Source of the DNA: Cytophagales bacterium
GTDB lineage: Bacteria > Bacteroidota > Bacteroidia > Cytophagales > CCMP332
NCBI GenBank assembly: GCA_028282565.1
Contig: JANQHS010000363.1
Coordinates: forward strand, 1-53,617
Length of the DNA stretch: 53,617 bases
Reading direction: 5' to 3'
Each line of letters begins with the position of its first letter. Position 1 is the first letter of the stretch. Made by a program: the position numbers and the translations under genes. The notes beneath the pieces were generated by a model. The model saw only the letters and a list, made by a program, of their open reading frames with translations. It had not been told where the DNA came from and searched no databases. Shown here piece by piece: positions 38,747-46,501 of this stretch.

Positions 38747-39806
38747 CCAATTCGCAGATCAAGCCTTGCTCCTCGGACTTCAGGTCATGGAACAAGGGAA
38801 GACATAGAACTCTTCGTGAAATTGACTCCGCCGCCGGAACCTCGAACTTCCGTTGCACATAAGGCAGTAGATTCAAAGAGGGGTAAAAGTATCTTCTCGG
38901 ATATATCCCATTGGCCTCCAGACTTTCTTTTACTCTTGTAAGCGCATCGGAGGACTCGAAAATCACAGGGAAATAGGAGTGATTCGATTCACAATACGGT
39001 GTTACGGCTTGGAATTTAACAGGTAGGTGTGAGAGTTTTTCCCTGTACAAACCTGCCTGGCTTTTTCTGACCTTCAAGATCTCATCAAGAAATGGTAGAA
39101 TTGAAAGCCCCATTGCCGCATGGAAATCGGAATTCTTTCCATTGATACCCAGACCCACAAAACCCTCGGGTCCGAAATGCCCAAAATTCCTCATATAGGA
39201 CAAGCTTTCTATGATGCTCTCGTCCATTGAAAAAATCGCACCACCTTCTACGGAATGGAAAATCTTGGTTGCATGCAAACTGGTAATCGATAAGGTACCG
39301 AACCTGAACAGGCTCTCACCCTTGAATTTTGAACCAAAACAATGTGCAGCATCGTAGATCACCGGCACCTCCCATTGTTTTGATATCTCTTCAAAAGCAT
39401 CAATATCACAAGCATTTCCGAAGCAATGAGTTGGAACAATGCCAACAATTTCATCATTCATGCATTCGATGACTGAATCGGGATTTAAATTGAACGTTTC
39501 CGGATCGATATCCGCAAATACCGGTTCATACCCTTCCCAGACCAAGCTACTGGAAGTCGCTACATAACTAAAAGGAGTGGTGATGATCTTGCCTCGTTTT
39601 TTTATCGCTTTCAAAGCGATCTGCAAGGCAATGGTGCCATTTCCGGTCAATAGGACGTTGGGCACTTTTGAAAGTCCCGCAATCTCCTTTTCCAGTTGGG
39701 TCGCCAGGGGGCCGTAATTGGTCAGGTGTCCTGACTCGAAAACCCCTTTGACCAATGACTGATAGCTCGAAAGAGGAGGTAAAAATGGTTTTGTGATTGG
39801 GATCAA
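38724..39806 (-). CDS. DegT/DnrJ/EryC1/StrS family sugar aminotransferase, second copy
   Basis: SLHATKIFHSVEGG lysine motif and NGTIALQIALKA. Length is 360 aa. Confidence 0.85.
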   Translation of the reverse strand: MIPITKPFLPPLSSYQSLVKGVFESGHLTNYGPLATQLEKEIAGLSKVPNVLLTGNGTIALQIALKAIKKRGKIITTPFSYVATSSSLVWEGYEPVFADIDPETFNLNPDSVIECMNDEIVGIVPTHCFGNACDIDAFEEISKQWEVPVIYDAAHCFGSKFKGESLFRFGTLSITSLHATKIFHSVEGGAIFSMDESIIESLSYMRNFGHFGPEGFVGLGINGKNSDFHAAMGLSILPFLDEILKVRKSQAGLYREKLSHLPVKFQAVTPYCESNHSYFPVIFESSDALTRVKESLEANGIYPRRYFYPSLNLLPYVQRKFEVPAAESISRRVLCLPLFHDLKSEEQGLICELVERNVES

Positions 39807-41107
39807 TTGATTTCCCTTATGTCAGTACTTTCTTCTTTATTGATCTTCCAGGCCGTATCTCTAAGCTTTAGAACACCCTCCTTTTTTGCCACCCAACCTA
39901 GCTCATCAGACTTCAGAGGAAGAATTTCAAATGTTAACAAATCCTTGGCCTTGGCTAAAACGGTTCCTCTGTTGAGAACCAATAAAGCCATATCGATGGT
40001 ATAGGTCCCCTGGTTGAGTATATTTTTTGGAATTGAAGAACTGATGATAGAATAGCCATTTCCAATTTGCTCATCGGAAATGAAACCGGTGCTCTCAACC
40101 AATACCAAAATCCCTAACTCATCTCTCAGATGATATGTAAGGTCTATTCTTCCGCTTTCTATATTGCTCCAAACTCGGAATCTGAATTCAATCTGTTCGT
40201 TAGTAAAAAAGAAATTTCTATTTGCTTCAGTAAATATCAATTCAGAGCCAAGGAGTTTGGCTTTGTCATTTCCGGGTGCAGCCTCAAAATCCCATTTCTT
40301 GACATGATTGGTATTGATATACTCCCGGAGGTAGGTTTTAATCGAGTCCTCAGGACTGCCATCAAATACCATTTCCCCTTCTTTCAGGATAATCACCCTG
40401 TCGCAGAGATTCTGCACCGCCTCCATATTGTGACTGACGAATAGCACTGTCCTTCCTTTTATGGATTCGTCCTGAAGTTTACCCAGGCATTTTTTTTGGA
40501 ACTCGGCGTCTCCCACGGCAAGGACTTCATCGATAATAAGAATTTCAGGATCCAAATGCGCCGCGACAGAGAAGGCCAATCGCACCTTCATTCCCGATGA
40601 GTATCTTTTCACGGGAGTGTCGACATATTTTCTTATCCCCGAGAAATCAATGATTCTTTCTAGCTTCCCATCTATTTCTTTCTTGGTCATGCCCAGAATG
40701 GTGCCATTCATATAGATGTTATCCCTCCCCGTTAGGTCGGGATGAAAGCCTGTACCGACTTCAAGCAACGAGGAAACCTTTCCTCTAATTCGAATCTCTC
40801 CTTCCGTAGGGCTGGTTATTCTGCTCAATACCTTCAGAAGAGTGCTTTTCCCAGCCCCGTTTTTCCCGATTATTCCAAGTACCTGTCCTTTCTCGACTTC
40901 GAAATTTAGCCCCTTTAAGGCCCAATGAATGTCTCTCCCATCTTCTATTTTTCGAAATGTGGAGAGCTTAACCAGGTTTCTGAAGTTCCGAATCGGATAG
41001 CCTATCCAGTACCATAACTGAGAACCAAATGTCTCCTGCTTTTTTTCTTCTAAGCCTATACGGTACCTCTTTGAAAGGCCCTTAACAACGATTGCTTTCT
41101 CAGACAT
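39803..41107 (-). CDS. wzt: Polysaccharide ABC exporter ATP-binding protein with a C-terminal glycan-binding-type extension
   Basis: Walker A GKNGAGKST, signature YSSGMKVRLAFS and Walker B ILIIDE. An additional beta-rich C-terminal domain of about 170 aa is present, as in Wzt proteins. Confidence 0.85.
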   Translation of the reverse strand: MSEKAIVVKGLSKRYRIGLEEKKQETFGSQLWYWIGYPIRNFRNLVKLSTFRKIEDGRDIHWALKGLNFEVEKGQVLGIIGKNGAGKSTLLKVLSRITSPTEGEIRIRGKVSSLLEVGTGFHPDLTGRDNIYMNGTILGMTKKEIDGKLERIIDFSGIRKYVDTPVKRYSSGMKVRLAFSVAAHLDPEILIIDEVLAVGDAEFQKKCLGKLQDESIKGRTVLFVSHNMEAVQNLCDRVIILKEGEMVFDGSPEDSIKTYLREYINTNHVKKWDFEAAPGNDKAKLLGSELIFTEANRNFFFTNEQIEFRFRVWSNIESGRIDLTYHLRDELGILVLVESTGFISDEQIGNGYSIISSSIPKNILNQGTYTIDMALLVLNRGTVLAKAKDLLTFEILPLKSDELGWVAKKEGVLKLRDTAWKINKEESTDIREIN

Positions 41108-41109
41108 TT

Positions 41110-41937
41110 CTATGCGACATCGGAAAAGACCCTTTCCAATCTTTTAAAGTAAAAAGCACCAAAGACGAACAGACATAACCCTACCACTCCTCCGGGAAGG
41201 ATCATTTCCCAAGGCATCTCCCTGGTTGATAAAAAGGCAGATCGAAAACCCTCAATCACTCCAACCATGGGATTGAGGGAATAAACAAACAACCAATCTG
41301 AAGGCACTTTGCTGGCAGGATATACCACCGGAGCTGCGTAAAGCAACAATTGGATCATAAAAGAAGAGGCATGCTTGACGTCTCTGTATTGCACGGCCAT
41401 TGCTGACAGGATCATCCCCAACCCAAGACTTGTGGTCAAAAGAATACAGATGAGAACAGGAACAAACAGTACCTCAATACCCGGGCGAATCCCAAAGAAA
41501 ATCAGAAAGAAAGCCAACACTATAAAAGCGATAAAAAAGTCCAGTAGCTTTGAAAATGCAGCTGAAAGGGGCAAAATGATCCTGGGAAAGTAAACCTTGT
41601 TCAGAAGACCCGAGTTGGTCACAAGGCTTTGCGAAGCATCGGTAAGAGTTGCGGAAAAATAGCCCCAGGGAACCATGGCACAAAATGCAAAGACCGCATA
41701 TGGAGCACCATCGGATTCAATTCCGGCCAAATTCCCAAAAACAACGGTAAAGACCCCTGTTGCAAAAAGGGGTTGGATAATGGCCCATCCGATTCCAAGA
41801 ACCGATTGAGCATACTTTGCCTTGATTCCTCTGATGACCAAAAAATAGAGAAGATCCCTATATCGGATCAACTCGTTGAGATCAATGAGTTTCCACCCTT
41901 TTTCGGGTCTGATTCTTGTTTCTATTTCTCTCTGCAT
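41110..41937 (-). CDS. wzm: ABC-2 type polysaccharide exporter permease
   Basis: 275-aa ORF with the IKAKYAQSVLGIGWAIIQP N-terminal motif and six hydrophobic segments. It lies directly upstream of wzt. Confidence 0.85.
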   Translation of the reverse strand: MQREIETRIRPEKGWKLIDLNELIRYRDLLYFLVIRGIKAKYAQSVLGIGWAIIQPLFATGVFTVVFGNLAGIESDGAPYAVFAFCAMVPWGYFSATLTDASQSLVTNSGLLNKVYFPRIILPLSAAFSKLLDFFIAFIVLAFFLIFFGIRPGIEVLFVPVLICILLTTSLGLGMILSAMAVQYRDVKHASSFMIQLLLYAAPVVYPASKVPSDWLFVYSLNPMVGVIEGFRSAFLSTREMPWEMILPGGVVGLCLFVFGAFYFKRLERVFSDVA

Positions 41938-42001
41938 TGATACAGCTTCGCCTCCTCAGTCCCATAACGTGACTGACCAAAAGAGGCCGGAAAAGAGATC
42001 C

Positions 42002-42535
42002 CTACTCTTCTCCCCAAAGCCAAAGAGCCTTGTCGGGGTTGAGTTTGGATTTCAGCTTTGAGTACTCCGGTTTATCGAGGACCAGGTATCTGATCCTTCT
42101 GCTTATCAGCTCCTCTGCCTTCTTGACCAACCTCTTCAACCTGTCCTCATCAACACTTCCCACCAATACAAGGTCAATGATCCCTGTATCCAGCCCCTTG
42201 GCATAATCGCCTGTTATAAAGGCAAATTGTAAGTCACCAAGCTTTTCGACGATCTCAGACACAATACGATCTAACCCCAGGTACTTCCTTACCACAGCCT
42301 GAAGCTCATTGAAGATCGGGTGGCGATCGTTTGCACGATAAAGGATGGTCCTTCCATCTTCTTCGGATTTCAGATACCCGGCGTCCGATAGTCGGTTTAA
42401 CTCAACGCGAATTGAATTGGTGGATTCTTTGAACTCTTCGGCAAGATTCCTCAGATAACCTTTGGAGTTCTTGTTCGAAAAAAACTTGATCAGGAGTTTG
42501 ATCCTGGTTCTGGATGTGATTAAATGGTCCAGCAA
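42002..42535 (-). CDS. Winged-helix transcriptional regulator with a nucleotidyltransferase-like C-terminal domain
   Basis: The N-terminal ArsR-like wHTH is YLRNLAEEFKESTNSIRVELNRLSDAGYL. The C-terminal ITGDYAKGLDTGIIDLVLVG resembles a degenerate minimal nucleotidyltransferase motif. Confidence 0.65.
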   Translation of the reverse strand: MLDHLITSRTRIKLLIKFFSNKNSKGYLRNLAEEFKESTNSIRVELNRLSDAGYLKSEEDGRTILYRANDRHPIFNELQAVVRKYLGLDRIVSEIVEKLGDLQFAFITGDYAKGLDTGIIDLVLVGSVDEDRLKRLVKKAEELISRRIRYLVLDKPEYSKLKSKLNPDKALWLWGEE

Positions 42536-42555
42536 GGAACTTTTCTTAAGCCCGG

Positions 42556-42563
42556 CAAAGGTA
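42556..42563 (-). promoter_or_regulatory. Candidate -7 box (TACCTTTG) upstream of the wHTH regulator and the wzm-wzt block
   Basis: Exact TAnnTTTG match on the minus strand, 20 nt upstream of the ATG at 42535. Confidence 0.35.
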
Positions 42564-42575
42564 AAATCCTTTTTT

Positions 42576-42594
42576 CGAGTAAAAAAATTACTCG
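42576..42594. terminator. Perfect 7-bp hairpin (CGAGTAA-N5-TTACTCG) just after the upxY stop codon
   Basis: The inverted repeat is visible directly in the sequence. There is no U-tract on the minus strand, so terminator function is uncertain. It could act as an attenuator or insulator. Confidence 0.3.
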
Positions 42595-42597
42595 TAA

Positions 42598-43095
42598 TTA
42601 ATTTTTTGTTAAAATACCCGCAGGCAGTTGGACTCTAATCACCTTATCAAGACTTTCTATCCTGATGAGGATCTGATCCTTCTCACCTTTCAGCACTTCA
42701 CCGGAAAGCCCGTTCAAAGGGCCCTGCCCTATTTTGACATGATCACCGGGAACAAATTCATTTTCGTTCACCTCACTGATCTGGTAACCGGCTCTGAGGG
42801 TCAGTTCTATAAGATCTTTGTCTGATTGCCGCAAAACGGCAGCTCTTCCTCCATGTCTGATCACCCATGCGATTCCCGGTATCTCCAAAATTTCCGGGAT
42901 CTGACTCTCCCTGGCCTTAACGAAAATGTAAGATCGAAACAGTGGCACTTCGACCATCTTCTTTCGGTCGGACCACTGATGCAGTTCCTTGATCTTTGGA
43001 AGGAATGGTTTGAATTCGAACCTTTCCAAATACTCAAACACTTTCTTTTCCCACCTGGCCTTGGTATAAAAAACGAACCAATTCTCGCTCTCCAT
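42598..43095 (-). CDS. UpxY family (NusG/RfaH-like) transcription antiterminator
   Basis: NGN domain WFVFYTKARWEKKV...PLFRSYIFVK plus a KOW-like GDHVKIGQGPLNGLSGEV. Length is 165 aa. Confidence 0.8.
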   Translation of the reverse strand: MESENWFVFYTKARWEKKVFEYLERFEFKPFLPKIKELHQWSDRKKMVEVPLFRSYIFVKARESQIPEILEIPGIAWVIRHGGRAAVLRQSDKDLIELTLRAGYQISEVNENEFVPGDHVKIGQGPLNGLSGEVLKGEKDQILIRIESLDKVIRVQLPAGILTKN

Positions 43096-43117
43096 TGGGT
43101 TGGGTTCTTATGAGTAC

Positions 43118-44098
43118 TTACTCAATCTCCCGTTTTCTTCCTCCAAACGGATGCTCGGAAAGAGCGAGCTTTGCCAAAGGATGATAGTCACCACTAAGCC
43201 CCTTGGGCTTTTGATAACGTATGTCATGAACGAGTTCAATTGATGGCCTTGCTTCGTTCAGGTGGAAGCCGGCACCATCAAGGATCTTCTTGTAGCTCAA
43301 GGTATGCAGGTCCTCAAATCCGCCTGAGAATTCCCATTCCTCGCCTTCACCCTTAAAGCTCCTATAGGTTTTCTTTCCCTCCACACGTGCTTGTTCCGGT
43401 AGGTTTTCTTCATTAATAGATAGAAACCAACGGACCCGTGCATTCTCGAGCTCGATAAAACCCGAAGCACGATCATGTGAAGAAATATGAACAATGTTTT
43501 CCTGAACCGGTCCAAAAAGCCAAATCAGCATATCGAAAAAATGAATACCAATATTTGTCGCAACTCCGCCCGATTTCCTGCTGTCGCCTTTCCATGATGT
43601 GTAATACCAATTTCCCCTTGAAGTGATATATGTGAGATCCACATCGATCTTTTTATCCATGGATCCAGAATATTTTTCCTTAAGCCCGACAACAGATGGA
43701 TGCAACCTCAATTGCAAGATATTGTAGATCTTCCGCGAAAACTCTGACTCCACCTCCTCTAAAGCATCGACATTCCAGGGGTTTAATACCAGCGGCTTCT
43801 CACAAATCACATCGGCATGTTGCCTAAGCCCAAAGCGAATATGAGAGTCATGAAGATAATTGGGGGTACATACCGATAGAAAGTCAATGCCGCCACTTTC
43901 CTTTCTCAGCTTTGCCAGATGCCGATCAAACCTTTCGATCTCCGTAAAGAAGGCGGCTTTCGGAAAAAAAGAATCCATAATCCCCACACTATCGAAAGGA
44001 TCCATGGCGGCAACCAGTTCGTTACCTGTGTCCCGAATAGCCCTCATATGCCTGGGAGCTATGTATCCCGATGCTCCAACCAAGCCAAATGAACTCAT
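43118..44098 (-). CDS. Gfo/Idh/MocA oxidoreductase, WbpB/WlbA-like
   Basis: N-terminal GASGYIAPRHMRAIRDTGNELVAA and the EKP motif (ICEKPLVL). The pattern as I recall it matches WbpB/WlbA-type UDP-GlcNAcA 3-dehydrogenases. Confidence 0.7.
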   Translation of the reverse strand: MSSFGLVGASGYIAPRHMRAIRDTGNELVAAMDPFDSVGIMDSFFPKAAFFTEIERFDRHLAKLRKESGGIDFLSVCTPNYLHDSHIRFGLRQHADVICEKPLVLNPWNVDALEEVESEFSRKIYNILQLRLHPSVVGLKEKYSGSMDKKIDVDLTYITSRGNWYYTSWKGDSRKSGGVATNIGIHFFDMLIWLFGPVQENIVHISSHDRASGFIELENARVRWFLSINEENLPEQARVEGKKTYRSFKGEGEEWEFSGGFEDLHTLSYKKILDGAGFHLNEARPSIELVHDIRYQKPKGLSGDYHPLAKLALSEHPFGGRKREIE

Positions 44099-46479
44099 CC
44101 CTTAAATGGGTTTAATCTTCTCAATATTCCCTTTTTCCTGTTTTGATCCTCTTCATAGTACCCATACCCATATCCGTAACCATATCCATAACCATATCCG
44201 TGACCGAAAGTCTTGGTTGCCTTGACATCGTTCAGGACCAAGCTTATATTCTTCAAGGCGCCTTTTTTGTATTCTGCATCCAGGGCCCTTACCATTTCCT
44301 TTTGGGTGATGTTTTGCCTTACCAGATAAATAACCAAGTCAGCAACGCGCATCCAGACGTCAGCATCCGTGACAAGGCCCTTGGGCGGGGAGTCGACCAG
44401 AATTACATCAAACTCTTTCTTGAGTTTCGAAAAAAGGCCCTCTAACCTATCACTCATCAATAGTTCACTGGGGTTTGGCGGAATTGAACCTCCGGAAATT
44501 AAGGTGAGGTTTTCATATGGTCCCTCCTGGAAAATGTCTTCAGCCTCGATCTCTCCAGCAAGATAATTGCTCAATCCCTGTTCCTTAATATTTGGAAAAT
44601 CCTTAAAGATCTTCGGTCTTCTCATATCACCTCCGATCAAAACAACCTTTCTTTTCATCTGCGCAAATGCAAATGCCAGATTCACGGATACAAAGGTCTT
44701 TCCCTCTCCGGATATCGACGAAGTGACCAAGACAACCGGGCACTCGGCATCAGAAACCATGAAATGGATATTTGACCTGATCAATCTAAATGATTCTGCA
44801 ATCCCGGAACTGGGGCGTTCAAGGACGACCAGATTGTTGAAATGATCGCTATGGCCTACCATTCCCAGGAGCGGAATAGAACTCAGCTCGGCAAGTTCCT
44901 CGCGATGGGTAATTTTGGTACTCAGCAAGATCAGTCCGTAGATGAGCGCCAAGGGCACTCCAATGCCAAAAGCTGCTGCAAATACAAGATTTCTGTTCTT
45001 GTTCGGAACGATTGGATCCGGATTATAAAATGGCTGATCCAGCATTTCAAAGTCCGACTCGGTTGAAGATTTTGAAATGCTGATTTCCGTTCTTTTCTGG
45101 AGAAGCAACTGAACCATTTGTTCGACAAGGGAATTCAATTGCAGAATGTCATAAAGTTCTCGCTTTTCGTTTTGCAGTCCTGATAAAGAACTCACATAGA
45201 AATCAATTCGATCATTTAATACTGCAAGAAGTTTGTTGTTTTCGGCTTCCATCGAGTTGACGTTTTCGACAATATTCGCCTCGATTCTGGTAATTCTGGA
45301 GTCCTGATATTGGACCAAGGGATTCTCAATGTTCTCCTCGGTCATCATGATTTTGTCCTCTTGCTTTATTCTTACGTACTCAAAGACCAACTCATTTAAA
45401 AGGGCATTTTCAACACCCATGACGACAGGAGCAAAAACCTCATCCCTGCTCTTTTTCTTGACGTAATCCCTGAGGTATTTGAGATAACTATTCTCGATCA
45501 GTATCTGCGATTTCTGCTCCTCAAGTTCAGACACCTTCTCTACGATCATGGTATTGGCCTGACCGAAATCCAGGTTCTTAACCTTATAGCCATCAATTCT
45601 CCCTTGGAAATATGAGAGAGTATCAAGCAGGGTTCTCAATTGCCCATCGATAAATTCGAGTGAATTCTCAGCCTCTCTATTTTTGATCTCCAGGTTCTGC
45701 TGCTTGATGGTTTTTACATGAGCTCGAAGAAAGGCCTGATCCTTTTCAGGGGTTTTGGAAATCAAACTCAGATTGAAAATATTGTTGGATTTCTTATCGG
45801 TCCCTATTACCAGGGTTTTGGAAAAATAATCCACCAATTCCTCCCTGGACACAAACTCAAACAAAAACTGATCCTGGGTTTTCAGGGTAAGAAAACTTTG
45901 GGTGGGAATTACCTTGAAGTTGCAGCCATTGATTGATACCCAGTCTTCATAAAGAAATTCCTTATCAAGGTCATATAAAGAATTAACCTTGTCGTTATCT
46001 GAAACCAGTATAAAGGAGTCCCCCTTCTCCGAGGGTTCTATTTCAAACCTCAGATTGTAGGGAATGGATTTGGAGTTGCTATCCAGAACAACCCTGAAAT
46101 ATTGATTGGGGTAAATTTCGGATTCCTTAACCTCACCCCTTCGGTAATAGGAAACGTCGAAGTCAAGATCATTGAGTGTTCTGGAGATGATCTCCTTCGA
46201 AGAAAGAATCCTTCTTTCCTTTTCTACATCTGAAACATCGGATCTAAAAAACCTGGTGCCTTGACCACCGAATAACACATCGCTTTCCCCCTGATCCTTG
46301 GTTTTTACCAAAGCCGCTTGGATTTGAAAAATAGGGGTAGTATATCGGTTAATGATCATGGCCACGGCCAGGACCAGTAGAAAAAATCCGAGAATAAGGG
46401 GCCAAATATTGACGACCCTTTCGATAAACTGAGCCAGTCCGCGATTTTGAGATTGGTTGCTATTCAATTGATCTTCCAT
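44095..46479 (-). CDS. wzc: Polysaccharide co-polymerase / BY-kinase (Wzc-like tyrosine autokinase)
   Basis: 794-aa ORF with an N-terminal Wzz/GumC-like periplasmic domain between two TM segments. It has a CpsD-like kinase with Walker A SGEGKT and a C-terminal tyrosine cluster. Confidence 0.85.
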   Translation of the reverse strand: MEDQLNSNQSQNRGLAQFIERVVNIWPLILGFFLLVLAVAMIINRYTTPIFQIQAALVKTKDQGESDVLFGGQGTRFFRSDVSDVEKERRILSSKEIISRTLNDLDFDVSYYRRGEVKESEIYPNQYFRVVLDSNSKSIPYNLRFEIEPSEKGDSFILVSDNDKVNSLYDLDKEFLYEDWVSINGCNFKVIPTQSFLTLKTQDQFLFEFVSREELVDYFSKTLVIGTDKKSNNIFNLSLISKTPEKDQAFLRAHVKTIKQQNLEIKNREAENSLEFIDGQLRTLLDTLSYFQGRIDGYKVKNLDFGQANTMIVEKVSELEEQKSQILIENSYLKYLRDYVKKKSRDEVFAPVVMGVENALLNELVFEYVRIKQEDKIMMTEENIENPLVQYQDSRITRIEANIVENVNSMEAENNKLLAVLNDRIDFYVSSLSGLQNEKRELYDILQLNSLVEQMVQLLLQKRTEISISKSSTESDFEMLDQPFYNPDPIVPNKNRNLVFAAAFGIGVPLALIYGLILLSTKITHREELAELSSIPLLGMVGHSDHFNNLVVLERPSSGIAESFRLIRSNIHFMVSDAECPVVLVTSSISGEGKTFVSVNLAFAFAQMKRKVVLIGGDMRRPKIFKDFPNIKEQGLSNYLAGEIEAEDIFQEGPYENLTLISGGSIPPNPSELLMSDRLEGLFSKLKKEFDVILVDSPPKGLVTDADVWMRVADLVIYLVRQNITQKEMVRALDAEYKKGALKNISLVLNDVKATKTFGHGYGYGYGYGYGYGYYEEDQNRKKGILRRLNPFKG
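44164..44208 (-). repeat. Coding (Gly-Tyr)7-Tyr repeat forming the Wzc tyrosine-rich tail
   Basis: The minus-strand codons read GGA TAT GGT TAT GGA TAT GGT TAC GGA TAT GGG TAT GGG TAC TAT. Confidence 0.8.
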
Positions 46480-46501
46480 TATTCAAATAGCTCTTCAGGG
46501 C

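Noticed and set aside
42536-42597. An invertible (phase-variable) promoter of the kind that controls Bacteroides capsule loci.
   Set aside because: The non-coding gaps are only about 60 nt, and no flanking inverted repeats or nearby site-specific recombinase gene are present. The only inverted repeat is a simple 7-bp hairpin.
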